DNA from: Rhodoferax sp.
GTDB lineage: Bacteria; Pseudomonadota; Gammaproteobacteria; Burkholderiales; Burkholderiaceae_C
Assembly: GCF_023701345.1 (NCBI RefSeq)
Contig: NZ_JAMPXE010000002.1
Coordinates: forward strand, 14,109-78,108
DNA length: 64,000 bases
Direction of reading: 5' to 3'
Shown: piece by piece, positions 1-8,797 of the stretch
How the letters are laid out: the number at the start of each line of letters is the position of its first letter
Numbering within the stretch: the first letter of the stretch is position 1
The notes under the pieces: generated by a model
The model's database searches: none
Seen by the model: only the letters and a program-made list of their open reading frames with translations
Told to the model about the DNA's origin: nothing
Position numbers and translations under genes: made by a program

Positions 1-188
1 GCATCCGCCGTGATCTTTTCTTTCTTGAGCAAGCGGTCCAGGCTGCCAGACACGGTGGCGATGCCCTTGGCCACTGCGGCCTCTGAAATATCCACCATGA
101 CCACGTTGATGCCCGACACGGCGCAAGCCTGTGCAATGCCGTTACCCATGGTGCCCGCGCCAATGATGCCAACCGTTGTGATGCCCAT
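1..188 (-). CDS. 3-hydroxybutyryl-CoA / 3-hydroxyacyl-CoA dehydrogenase (N-terminal part; runs off the window edge)
   Basis: My translation of the minus strand from ATG 188: MGITTVGIIGAGTMGNGIAQACAVSGINVVMVDISEAAVAKG... with a GxGxMG Rossmann motif. GGAG RBS at 200-197. Not in the ORF track because it is truncated. Confidence 0.9.
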   Translation of the reverse strand, partial: MGITTVGIIGAGTMGNGIAQACAVSGINVVMVDISEAAVAKGIATVSGSLDRLLKKEKITAD

Positions 189-271
189 CTTGAAAACTCC
201 TGTTGATTTGATCTCTTGATGTTAACTGGCAAAAAATCGCCTCGTTTTGGCTGAATGTGTCAACCCCGGCT

Positions 272-349
272 GTCATTGCGAGCGTAGCGCGGCAATCCAG
301 AGTCCATAAATGCATGGATTGCCGCGTCGCTGGCGCTCCTCGCAATGAC
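272..349. repeat. REP-like palindromic intergenic element
   Basis: Outer inverted repeat GTCATTGCGAG (272-282) / CTCGCAATGAC (339-349), 11/11. Inner inverted repeat CGCGGCAATCCA (288-299) / TGGATTGCCGCG (315-326), 12/12. A degenerate copy lies at 41404-41499. Confidence 0.85.
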
Positions 350-397
350 GCACCCTAACGTGATAATGCGGGCACTTCAACCCAGGAGACGTTCCTC

Positions 398-2020
398 ATG
401 AATCTCACCGAACAACTGCTGACCGCGCTCAAAAAGCACGGTGCGCGGCAGATTTTTGGCATCCCCGGCGACTTTGCCCTGCCCTACTTCCGCATCATCG
501 AAGAGTCGCAGATTTTGCCGCTTTACACCCTGAGCCACGAGCCCGGCGTGGGTTTTGCGGCCGATGCCGCTGCCCGCATCAATGGCAGTCTGGGCGTGGC
601 GGCGGTCACCTACGGCGCGGGTGCCTTGAACATGATCAATTCGGTGGCCGCCGCCTTTGCCGAGAAATCGCCGCTGGTGGTGCTTTCGGGCGGGCCGGGC
701 AAGAACGAGTCACGCTCGGGCCTGCTGCTGCACCACCAGGCCAAGACGCTTGACAGCCAGTTTCAGATTTTCAAGGAAATCACCTGCGACCAGGTGCGCC
801 TGGACGACGCCGAACGCGCCCCGGCCGACATTGCCCGCGTGCTGGCCAACTGCCTGCGCCATTCCGAGCCGGTGTACATCGAGATTCCGCGCGACATGGT
901 GGCCGTGCCCTGCCTGGAGGTGGTGCCCGAAGCCGCGTTCCAGGTGGACCCCGACGCGCTCGATGCCTGTGTCGATGAAATCCTGGAGCGCCTCGCCAGT
1001 GCCAAATCGCCCGTTTTAATGGCCGGCGTGGAAGTGCGCCGCTATGGCCTGGAAGACAAGGTCGCCACCCTGTCGCGCCGCCTGGGGCTGCCGGTCGTCA
1101 CCAGCTTCATGGGCCGCGGTCTGCTGGCCGACCAGGACGCGCCGCTGATCGGCACCTACATGGGTGTGGCGGGGTTCCCGGAAGTGACGCAGCTTGTGGA
1201 AAGCTCCGACGGCCTGTTTCTGCTGGGCGAGATCATCTGCGACACCAACTTTGCCGTGTCCGAGACCAAGATCGACATGCGCAAGACCATCCAGGCCTTG
1301 AACGGCCAGGTCAACATCGGTTACCACACCTACGCCAAGCTGCCGCTGGCCGCCGTGGTCAACCGCATGTTGGAACGTGTGCCCGGGCCCGACAAGGCCT
1401 TCAGCGTGACGCCGCAAAGCTTTCCCACCGGCTTGGCCGAGGACGACCAAAGCATCACACCCACCGACATTGCCACGGCCGTGAACGACCTGATGGCCAG
1501 GCACGGCAAGATGCCAATGGCCTCCGACATGGGCGACTGCCTGTTCACCGCCATGGAAATCAGCCACACCGCGCTGGTGGCGCCCGGCTATTACGCCACC
1601 ATGGGTTTTGGCGTTCCCGCTGGCCTGGGCCTGCAAGCCGCCACCGGTGAACGCCCGCTGATTCTGGTCGGCGACGGCGCCTTCCAGATGACCGGCTGGG
1701 AGCTGGGCAACTGCAAGCGCTATGGCTGGGACCCGATCGTGCTGCTGTTCAACAACGCCAGCTGGGAAATGCTGCGCACCTTCCAGCCCGAGTCCGGCTT
1801 CAATGACCTGGGCCACTGGGGCTTTGCCGAAATAGCGGCCGGGCTGGGCGGCGACGGTGTGCGCGTGGGCACCCGGGCCGAACTCAAGGCGGCACTGGAC
1901 AAAGCCATGGCCACGCGCGGCAAGTTTCAGTTGATCGAAATCACCATTCCACGGGGCGTGCTCTCCAACACGCTGGCCCGTTTTGTGGCGGGGGTGAAGC
2001 GGCTCAACGCGGCCAAATAA
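398..2020 (+). CDS. ipdC: Indolepyruvate/phenylpyruvate decarboxylase (ThDP-dependent, Azospirillum type)
   Basis: N-terminal FGIPGDFALP, HEPGVGFAADA with the catalytic Glu, LLHHQ, and the ThDP motif GDGAFQMTG...NN. GGAG RBS. Confidence 0.9.
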   Translation: MNLTEQLLTALKKHGARQIFGIPGDFALPYFRIIEESQILPLYTLSHEPGVGFAADAAARINGSLGVAAVTYGAGALNMINSVAAAFAEKSPLVVLSGGPGKNESRSGLLLHHQAKTLDSQFQIFKEITCDQVRLDDAERAPADIARVLANCLRHSEPVYIEIPRDMVAVPCLEVVPEAAFQVDPDALDACVDEILERLASAKSPVLMAGVEVRRYGLEDKVATLSRRLGLPVVTSFMGRGLLADQDAPLIGTYMGVAGFPEVTQLVESSDGLFLLGEIICDTNFAVSETKIDMRKTIQALNGQVNIGYHTYAKLPLAAVVNRMLERVPGPDKAFSVTPQSFPTGLAEDDQSITPTDIATAVNDLMARHGKMPMASDMGDCLFTAMEISHTALVAPGYYATMGFGVPAGLGLQAATGERPLILVGDGAFQMTGWELGNCKRYGWDPIVLLFNNASWEMLRTFQPESGFNDLGHWGFAEIAAGLGGDGVRVGTRAELKAALDKAMATRGKFQLIEITIPRGVLSNTLARFVAGVKRLNAAK

Positions 2021-2032
2021 GGGCCGAGCGCC

Positions 2033-3403
2033 TCACACCCAGGCGCATTCACAAGTGAAGTGCCGCAAATACTGCGGCTGCTTGGTAATCTTCACACCGC
2101 GGATGCTGGCGGCTTTTTGCTTGACCTCATCAATCACCTCAGCCGCATAGTCGAAGTGGCTCTGCGTGTACATGCGCCGCGGAAAAGCCAACCGCACCAG
2201 CTCCATGCTGTGGTAGGTCTCGGTACCGTCAGGCAGGCGCTTGCCGAACATCACCGAGCCAATTTCCACACCGCGAATGCCGCCCTCCAGGTACAAAGCG
2301 TTGCACAGCGCCCAGGCCGGGTAATGCGCCACCGGCATGTCGGGCAGCACGGTGCGGGCGTCGATGTAAACCGCGTGGCCACCGGTGGGTTTGACAAAGC
2401 CCACACCCGCCGCGTCAAGGCGCTCGCCCAGGTATTCGGCGGTGCGCAGACGGTAGCGCAGGTAGTCTTCCTGCATGCCCTCCTCCAGCCCCACGGCCAG
2501 CGCCTCCAGGTCGCGCCCGGCCAGGCCGCCATAGGTGGGAAAGCCCTCGGTCATGATCAGCACGTTGCGCACCGCGTCCATCCACTCCTCGCTGCGCAGC
2601 ACGATGAAGCCGCCAATGTTGACCATGCCGTCTTTTTTGGCGCTCATGGTGGCGCCGTCGGCATAACTGAACATCTCTTGCACGATGGTTTTGATCGGCG
2701 TGTTCTCGTAGCCCGGTTCGCGCATCTTGATGAACATGGCGTTTTCGGAAAAGCGGCAAACGTCCATGATGAAGGGCTTGCCATGCGCCTTGAGTAGCTT
2801 GGCGTAGGCGCGGATGTTGGCCATCGACACCGGCTGGCCGCCGCCGGTGTTGTTGGTCACGGTGATCATGCCAAAAGGTATCTGGTCACCCCGCTCTTTC
2901 AGCAATGCCTCCGCCCGATCCAAGTCAATATTGCCCTTGAACGGATGGAGGGTGGCGGGCTGCAAGCCCTCGGCAATCACCAGATCGAGCGCCTCGACGC
3001 CCAGATATTCCAGATTGGCGCGGGTGGTATCAAAGTGGCAGTTGTTGGGCACCACGTCGCCTTTTTTACACACTGCGGTGAACAATACTTTTTCTGCGGC
3101 ACGGCCCTGGTGTGTTGGCACAAAGAACTGCATGCCGGTGATGTCTTGAATCACTTTCTCCAGCCGGTAAAAGCTGCGCGCCCCGGCGTAACTCTCGTCG
3201 CCTTCCATGATGGCGCCCCACTGGCGCGAAGACATGGCGCCAGTGCCGGAGTCGGTGAGCCAATCGATCAACACGTCTTCGGCGCGCAGCTTGAACACGT
3301 TGAGTTTGGCGGCTTCCAGCAGTTGCTCGCGCTCAGGCCGCGTGGTCATGCGGATGGGCTCGACACTTTTGATGCGAAACGGTTCGATCAGGGTTTTGGG
3401 CAT
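2033..3403 (-). CDS. tnaA: Tryptophanase (PLP-dependent beta-eliminating lyase)
   Basis: EPFRIKSVEPI, TDSGT, SAKKD (PLP Lys). It has the tryptophanase-type residues HFDTT (Asp), VEIG (Ile) and LRHFT (His), rather than the Thr/Arg/Phe of tyrosine phenol-lyase. Start moved to ATG 3403 (AAGGA RBS). Confidence 0.85.
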   Translation of the reverse strand: MPKTLIEPFRIKSVEPIRMTTRPEREQLLEAAKLNVFKLRAEDVLIDWLTDSGTGAMSSRQWGAIMEGDESYAGARSFYRLEKVIQDITGMQFFVPTHQGRAAEKVLFTAVCKKGDVVPNNCHFDTTRANLEYLGVEALDLVIAEGLQPATLHPFKGNIDLDRAEALLKERGDQIPFGMITVTNNTGGGQPVSMANIRAYAKLLKAHGKPFIMDVCRFSENAMFIKMREPGYENTPIKTIVQEMFSYADGATMSAKKDGMVNIGGFIVLRSEEWMDAVRNVLIMTEGFPTYGGLAGRDLEALAVGLEEGMQEDYLRYRLRTAEYLGERLDAAGVGFVKPTGGHAVYIDARTVLPDMPVAHYPAWALCNALYLEGGIRGVEIGSVMFGKRLPDGTETYHSMELVRLAFPRRMYTQSHFDYAAEVIDEVKQKAASIRGVKITKQPQYLRHFTCECAWV

Positions 3404-3468
3404 GGTGTTTCCTTGCAGGATTTCAAAAAAACCTGAAGGTAGCACCGCCCGAGGGACCGTGGTGTCGG

Positions 3469-3507
3469 TTATTTCCAACAGCGGCCATACGTTTTGTGCC
3501 AATACAT
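3469..3507 (-). CDS. Candidate leader peptide MYWHKTYGRCWK upstream of tnaA
   Basis: 12-aa mini-ORF with 2 Trp and 2 Tyr codons, followed by a small hairpin and a T7 run before the tnaA RBS. No clear SD. Confidence 0.35.
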   Translation of the reverse strand: MYWHKTYGRCWK

Positions 3508-3576
3508 GCGGCGAATGAAATCGCGCAGTCCTGACTTGAAAGGGGTGGATTTAACTTCGGTTGCGCAGCGGCAGGC

Positions 3577-3605
3577 ATTATCCGGATTCAGTTCGTGGGC
3601 AGCAA
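3577..3605 (-). promoter_or_regulatory. Putative sigma70 promoter for tnaA (TTGCTG-17 bp-GATAAT)
   Basis: -35 at 3605-3600, -10 at 3582-3577, 17-bp spacer. This implies a leader of about 165 nt. Confidence 0.4.
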
Positions 3606-3619
3606 ATCCTTGGCCATTC

Positions 3620-3647
3620 GGCAAGCCAGCAAAAACACCGGCTTGCC
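3620..3647 (-). terminator. Stem-loop just after the SDR gene
   Basis: GGCAAGCC / GGCTTGCC arms 13 nt downstream of the stop codon. No strong U-tract. Confidence 0.45.
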
Positions 3648-3660
3648 TCAAGATCGGAAA

Positions 3661-4437
3661 TCAGGGCATGTACTGACCACCATTGACATTGATGATCTGT
3701 CCCGTGATGTAGCCACTGCAGGCATGTGAAGCAAGGAACAAAAAGGTTGGTGCAATCTCTTGCGCGGTAGCAAAACGGCCCATCGGGATGGTGGCATTAA
3801 TCTGGGCGCGCACCGCATCGTTCTTATCGGCATGGAAAGCGGTATCCACGGTTCCTGGTGCCACGACATTAAAACGGACGCCGTCCTTGGTGTAAGACGT
3901 CACCCAATTTTTTTGGATGGTATGGATCCAGGCCTTGGCGGCAGCATAAAGCGAAGCGCCCGGACCACCGCCCATGTAACTCGCAAACGAGCCTACCAGA
4001 ATCACCGAGGATGTGGTACCGCTGGCCTGCGCCGAGGCCTTCAGATGAGGCATCGCGTACTTGGTGACCATGTGCGCCGACCGAGCATTCAGATCGAACA
4101 CCCGATCAAAAAATTCATCGTCAATTTCGCTGATCTGTTTGCGACCGACCAACCCGCCAACGTTGTTGATAACCACGTCAATTCCGCCAAATCGAGCGAC
4201 GAAACGCTCGATCAGATCCTTGCACTCCAGGGTATTACACAGATCGCCCTGAAAAAACTCGGCTTCGCCTCCGATTTGGTGCAAACCTTCAAGCGATTGC
4301 TGCACGCCATCGGTCATTGCCTGTGAGGTGATTCCTATTTTTGCGCCATAACGAGCAAAGGTCTGTGCAGTTGCCAGCCCGATGCCTGCTGTTGAACCGG
4401 TGATCAATACGCGTTTGTCTTTCAAGTCCTTGAACAT
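3661..4437 (-). CDS. Short-chain dehydrogenase/reductase resembling DEH (4-deoxy-L-erythro-5-hexoseulose uronate) reductase A1-R/A1-R'
   Basis: TGSTAGIG, NNVGG and YAAAK motifs. The blocks GGLVGRK, GGGPGA, KNWV, TKDGVRFN, PGTVDTAFHADK, IPMGRF and SGYITGQ match my recollection of the Sphingomonas A1 alginate DEH reductases. Confidence 0.75.
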   Translation of the reverse strand: MFKDLKDKRVLITGSTAGIGLATAQTFARYGAKIGITSQAMTDGVQQSLEGLHQIGGEAEFFQGDLCNTLECKDLIERFVARFGGIDVVINNVGGLVGRKQISEIDDEFFDRVFDLNARSAHMVTKYAMPHLKASAQASGTTSSVILVGSFASYMGGGPGASLYAAAKAWIHTIQKNWVTSYTKDGVRFNVVAPGTVDTAFHADKNDAVRAQINATIPMGRFATAQEIAPTFLFLASHACSGYITGQIINVNGGQYMP

Positions 4438-4473
4438 TCTCTTTTTCCTTGTGATGAAAATCAGCTGCTAAAT

Positions 4474-4505
4474 TGGGATAGTTCCCACTTAAATAGTCTC
4501 ACTAT
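4474..4505. promoter_or_regulatory. Two palindromes in the AT-rich SDR/IclR divergent promoter (candidate IclR operators)
   Basis: TGGGA-TAGT-TCCCA (4474-4487) and ATAGT-CTC-ACTAT (4493-4505). Confidence 0.4.
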
Positions 4506-4596
4506 ATGGACACATAAAAACTATTTGACACAATGGTACTTTAATCTTACTATTTGGTCAACAAACTAAGTATTTGAGACAAAGTTGAGGTGCCCA

Positions 4597-5421
4597 TTGA
4601 ACAGTCCAACCAAACCATCACTGCCGACCGAAACAAAAGACGCCCAGAAAGGCGGCGGTACGCAAACCCTGTTGCGCGGATTGGCCTTGCTTGAATGTGT
4701 GGCGCAGGGCATATCGGATGTGAAAGGCATCGCAACACATCTTGGAACGCCCCGCAGCACCACCCACCGCATGCTCAACAGTCTGGTCAACGAGGGTTAT
4801 CTGCACCACGTCCCATACGGTGGCTATACGCTCGGTTTCCGACTGATCTATCTGGGCGCCAAGGCAAGTGAGCAGCGCCCGCTAGGTGCACTGGCCCGGC
4901 CGTATCTTGAAGCACTGGCGGTACAGACCGGTGATACGGTGCATTTGGGCACGCGGGAAGAAAACCGGGTGTTTTACCTGGACAAGATTTCCGGAACCAA
5001 GGGCCTTGAAATGCGGTCCCGGGTCGGCCATCGCATGCCTCTGGCCTCCACTGGCGTGGGTAAGGCGCTGATGTTGGGATTGGCACCGGATGCCTGGCAG
5101 GCGCTGTACAACGAGGCTGTGGCCGAGAAGGTGAATGCAGGGGAGCGTGTCTTGCTGAGTCCGTGGCCGCAATACCAAGAGGACATGCTGCGTTACCGGG
5201 CGCAGGGGTGGGTCATGGATCTGGAGGAGAACGAACTCGGAATCCGCTGCGTGGCCGCACCGATCAGGGACGTCAGCGGTGCGGTGGTGGCGGCAGTCAG
5301 CGTCGCCAGCGCGGTGCCTTACATCCCAAAAGAAAGGCTGTTGGCTCTGGGCCCGACTGTTTATGCCGTAGCCCAAGACATATCTGAAAAGCTGGGACTG
5401 GAGCGAAACCGTCATGAATGA
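4597..5421 (+). CDS. IclR-family transcriptional regulator
   Basis: HTH (LLRGLALLE...TPRSTTHRMLNSL) and C-terminal GKALM, EENELGIRCVAAPI. Start set at TTG 4597 after GAGG; the ORF track starts at 4585. Confidence 0.9.
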   Translation: MNSPTKPSLPTETKDAQKGGGTQTLLRGLALLECVAQGISDVKGIATHLGTPRSTTHRMLNSLVNEGYLHHVPYGGYTLGFRLIYLGAKASEQRPLGALARPYLEALAVQTGDTVHLGTREENRVFYLDKISGTKGLEMRSRVGHRMPLASTGVGKALMLGLAPDAWQALYNEAVAEKVNAGERVLLSPWPQYQEDMLRYRAQGWVMDLEENELGIRCVAAPIRDVSGAVVAAVSVASAVPYIPKERLLALGPTVYAVAQDISEKLGLERNRHE

Positions 5422-6415
5422 CATCAACAAGCAGCATACCCCTGAACTGCTGGCGCTGGATTGGGGCACATCGAGTTTGCGCGCTTTTTTATTGGGCGGC
5501 GATGGGCAGGTGCTACAGACCCGCAGCACCTCCCAGGGTCTGCAATCGCTTCCCGTGCCAGGTGCAGCAGGTTTTGAAAAGGCTTTTGCTGACATTGCCG
5601 GTGACTGGCTGGCGAACTGGCCGCAGTTGCCAGTCGTTGCCGGGGGCATGATCGGCAGTATCCAGGGTTGGAAAGAAGCACCGTATGTGCGCTGTCCTGC
5701 TGACGTCGGTTCACTGGCTGCACACAGTGTGCGTATGCCAAGCGGAGCAGGTGTCGACGTGGTCATTGCGCCAGGTGTGCTGTTGGATGAAGTCGGCATG
5801 GCCCCTGATGTGATTCGTGGCGAGGAAATCCAGATTGCTGGGGCCCTGGCAGAAAACCCGGCGCTCGCCGAGCGCGCCACCATGGTGCTGCCCGGGACGC
5901 ATTCCAAATGGGTCCAGATCAGAAACGGGCGGATCACCCACTTTTCCAGCTACATGACCGGCGAAATTTTCTCCGTTCTGGTCAAGCATTCCATCCTAGG
6001 CCGACTGATGACCGACGAGACCTCTGCCGAGGCCGGAGCCGAAAAGGCCGCCTTCATGCAGGGTTTGCAGGCCGCGCGCGACAGCCAGCCTGGTGATTTC
6101 ACACACCAGATCTTTGCCTCCCGGACCCTTGGACTGACGGAGCGTTTGCCGTCCCACCTTCTCAAGAGCTACTTATCTGGGCTGTTGATCGGCCACGAAC
6201 TGGTTTCAGGCTTGGCCAAGTCGTCAACTGTCTTGCAGGCGCAAGGTCCGTTGTTGCTGATCGGTGAGGGCACCCTGTGCCAGCGTTATGCAAGTGCTTT
6301 TGCGGCAATGGGCGTGGCGGTGGCCGGAATTCTCGACAACCCGGCCCCCCGTGGCTTGTGGGAGTTTGCCAAGGCGCTTGGATTGCTCAAAAAACCGATG
6401 CACATACTGAACTGA
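5414..6415 (+). CDS. dgoK: 2-dehydro-3-deoxygalactonokinase
   Basis: LDWGTSSLRA, DVIRGEEIQIAG, LPGTHSKW, MTGEIF, YLSGLLIGHE. Confidence 0.9.
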   Translation: MNDINKQHTPELLALDWGTSSLRAFLLGGDGQVLQTRSTSQGLQSLPVPGAAGFEKAFADIAGDWLANWPQLPVVAGGMIGSIQGWKEAPYVRCPADVGSLAAHSVRMPSGAGVDVVIAPGVLLDEVGMAPDVIRGEEIQIAGALAENPALAERATMVLPGTHSKWVQIRNGRITHFSSYMTGEIFSVLVKHSILGRLMTDETSAEAGAEKAAFMQGLQAARDSQPGDFTHQIFASRTLGLTERLPSHLLKSYLSGLLIGHELVSGLAKSSTVLQAQGPLLLIGEGTLCQRYASAFAAMGVAVAGILDNPAPRGLWEFAKALGLLKKPMHILN

Positions 6416-6421
6416 GACCCC

Positions 6422-7072
6422 ATGATGACCCACGAAATTCATACCCGTTTTGAGATCGCGCTGCAGCATTTGCCCCTGGTGGCAATTCTTCGCGGCCTGA
6501 CCCCAGCCGAAGCTGAGCCTGTAGCCAAGACCTTGTACCAGGCGGGCTTTCGCCTGATCGAAGTCCCGCTGAACTCGCCAGACCCGTTCACCAGCATTGG
6601 CCGCATCCGTCAGTGTCTGCCAGAGGATGCCCTGGTGGGTGCCGGTACGGTGCTGGATACAGCCGATGTGACGCGCCTGAAAGACATCAGCGCCGATCTG
6701 GTGGTGATGCCACATGCTGATACCGATGTGATCAGCGCCGCCAAAGCCCATGGTCTGATCAGTCTGCCCGGCATCGTCACACCGACCGAGGCCTTTGCGG
6801 CACTTAAGGCCGGTGCCAATGCGCTGAAGCTGTTCCCGGCCGAACTGGTGTCACCCGCCATCATCAAGGCGATGCGTGCTGTATTACCCAAAGCAACGCG
6901 TCTGTTCCCGGTGGGGGGCATCACACCCACCAACATGTCACCTTACTTGGCCGCCGGCGTCAGCGGTTTCGGATTGGGTTCCGCCTTGTATTCGCCTGGA
7001 GTCTCGCTTGCGCAGTTGTCCAGGCAAGCCGAATGCTTTGTTGCTGCGTGGAAGACGCAGTGCGCGGCATAG
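6422..7072 (+). CDS. dgoA: 2-dehydro-3-deoxy-6-phosphogalactonate aldolase
   Basis: PLVAILRG, IEVPLNSP, GAGTV, LKLFPAE, PVGGITP. Adjacent to dgoK. Confidence 0.9.
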   Translation: MMTHEIHTRFEIALQHLPLVAILRGLTPAEAEPVAKTLYQAGFRLIEVPLNSPDPFTSIGRIRQCLPEDALVGAGTVLDTADVTRLKDISADLVVMPHADTDVISAAKAHGLISLPGIVTPTEAFAALKAGANALKLFPAELVSPAIIKAMRAVLPKATRLFPVGGITPTNMSPYLAAGVSGFGLGSALYSPGVSLAQLSRQAECFVAAWKTQCAA

Positions 7073-7153
7073 AGAGTTCCTGACCATCGCGTCGGGGACC
7101 TCATTTTGTGTAGTTTTTTCACCAACTGTACTAATTTTTAACAATCAGGAGAA

Positions 7154-8125
7154 ATGATGAAATCGAAAACAGTGATAGCGCGTTTGTTGACGGCGATGTG
7201 CGCCTCCACCCTTTTACTCAGTGCCCCGGTTCGGGCTGCCGACTACCCGACCAAGCCGATTGAAGTGGTGGTGCCTTATTCCGCTGGCGGTGGGACAGAC
7301 CTGGTGACCCGCGCCTTTGTGGACACGGCCAAGAAATATCTGCCCAAGGCCATCGGTGTGGTCAACAAGACCGGCGGCGGTGGTGCCGTGGGTTTGTCTG
7401 AAATCGCGATGACGCGTCCCGATGGCTACAAAATCGGTACCGGCACGGTGGAAATCGCCATGCTGCCGCATATGGGCTTGGTGCAGTTCGCGGCTGATGA
7501 TTTTGCGCCTATCGCCCGCCTGAACGCGGAGCCGGCGGCCATTTCGGTCAACGCGAGTGCGCCATGGAACACCTATGAAGAGTTCATGACCTATGCCAAG
7601 GCCAATCCGGGCAAGGTGCGCATCGGCAATTCAGGTACCGGCGCCATCTGGCATCTGGCAGCGGAAGCGTTGTCGGACAAGACCGGCGCCAAGTTCAACC
7701 ACATCCCGTATGACGGCGCCAACCCCGCTGTGACGGCCCTGCTCGGTGGTCACATCGAAGCCGTTACGGTCAGCCCCGCTGAAGTGGTGGGTCATGTCAC
7801 GGCTGGCAAGGTCAAGATCTTGGCCGTGATGGCCGATCAGCGCCTGCCTTCGTTTGACAAAGTGCCCACACTGAAGGAAAAGGGCGTGGACCTGAGCATC
7901 CTGACCTGGCGCGGCATTGTGGTCCCCAAGAAGACCCCGCAAGACGTTCAGGACGTGTTGCGCACCGCAGCCAAAAAGACCGTGGAAGACCCGGCTTTCA
8001 AGGATCAGTTGGCCAAGATGAACCTGACACACGCTTATCTTGATGCCCCGGCATTCAAAGCGGCCATTGACAAGGACAACCTGTTCTTCAAAACCCTGAT
8101 GACCAAACTCGGCATCGCCAAGTAA
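7154..8125 (+). CDS. Tripartite tricarboxylate transporter substrate-binding protein (TctC/Bug)
   Basis: Signal peptide, YPTKPIEVVVPYSAGGGTD, NKTGGGG, PDGY, PYDGANPAVTALLGGH. Confidence 0.92.
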   Translation: MMKSKTVIARLLTAMCASTLLLSAPVRAADYPTKPIEVVVPYSAGGGTDLVTRAFVDTAKKYLPKAIGVVNKTGGGGAVGLSEIAMTRPDGYKIGTGTVEIAMLPHMGLVQFAADDFAPIARLNAEPAAISVNASAPWNTYEEFMTYAKANPGKVRIGNSGTGAIWHLAAEALSDKTGAKFNHIPYDGANPAVTALLGGHIEAVTVSPAEVVGHVTAGKVKILAVMADQRLPSFDKVPTLKEKGVDLSILTWRGIVVPKKTPQDVQDVLRTAAKKTVEDPAFKDQLAKMNLTHAYLDAPAFKAAIDKDNLFFKTLMTKLGIAK

Positions 8126-8134
8126 AACCTGATG

Positions 8135-8155
8135 CTGCCCGGTGACAGCGGGCAG
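8135..8155 (+). other. Stem-loop after the SBP gene (likely an mRNA stabiliser or partial terminator)
   Basis: CTGCCCG-GTGACAG-CGGGCAG, a perfect 7-bp stem 9 nt after the stop. Confidence 0.4.
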
Positions 8156-8248
8156 ACCGGACGACATAGCAAGGTCAGCCAACGTTTCCCGGTGGGCTTC
8201 GTGCCCGGCCCGGGTGCTTTGTGCTGCCAACTCGTGAGGTTCTAAACC

Positions 8249-8770
8249 ATGACTACATCCCAAGCCTCCACCCCAACAGAGCTGAAATCTGCGGGTTGGA
8301 ACATGGACATCGTTATCGCCGGCATCGTTTCGATGTTGGCCGTCGCCGCGATATTCTTTTCGCGCAAATTCCCTACCACTGGCCTAGCCACAGATATCGG
8401 TTCGGCGCGGTTTCCTCAAATTTACGCAGTTGCACTGCTGGTGCTGTGCGCGATGCTGATCGGCCGCCATCTGATCAAAGGCAGGCCAACGCCGTCCGCA
8501 GTGCCTGAGGGCATGGTGATCAATGTGGAAGTCCGCAACTACCGCAAAACCTTTGTCGGCATCGTCAGTTCGGTGATTTGTCTCGCCGCCATGCCCTACC
8601 TCGGTTATGGATTGGTCACCGTCACCTATCTGTCGTTTCTGATGTGGCTGATGGGCATGCGGCACAAGGCCTGGAACCCGCTCCTTGCCCTCACGATCAC
8701 CGCAGTCCTTTACTTCACCTTTTCGACCGGACTGAATGTGCCTTTGCCGTTCGGCAGCCTGTTTGAATAA
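8249..8770 (+). CDS. TTT small membrane subunit (TctB)
   Basis: About four hydrophobic segments, ARFP motif, ends LNVPLPFG. Lies between tctC and tctA. Confidence 0.85.
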   Translation: MTTSQASTPTELKSAGWNMDIVIAGIVSMLAVAAIFFSRKFPTTGLATDIGSARFPQIYAVALLVLCAMLIGRHLIKGRPTPSAVPEGMVINVEVRNYRKTFVGIVSSVICLAAMPYLGYGLVTVTYLSFLMWLMGMRHKAWNPLLALTITAVLYFTFSTGLNVPLPFGSLFE

Positions 8771-8797
8771 AACGAACCACTTCGTTGGAGACTTGCC

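Noticed and set aside
227-240. TGGCA...GC sigma54-like site upstream of ipdC
   Set aside because: The GG-to-GC spacing is 9 nt, not the required 10.
2033-3403. Tyrosine phenol-lyase as the identity of the beta-eliminating lyase
   Set aside because: All three diagnostic positions (FDTT, VEIG, LRHF) are tryptophanase-type.
3487-3503. TTGGCAC (-24-like) upstream of tnaA
   Set aside because: There is no GC at -12 (it reads GTATG), and the site lies inside the candidate leader ORF.
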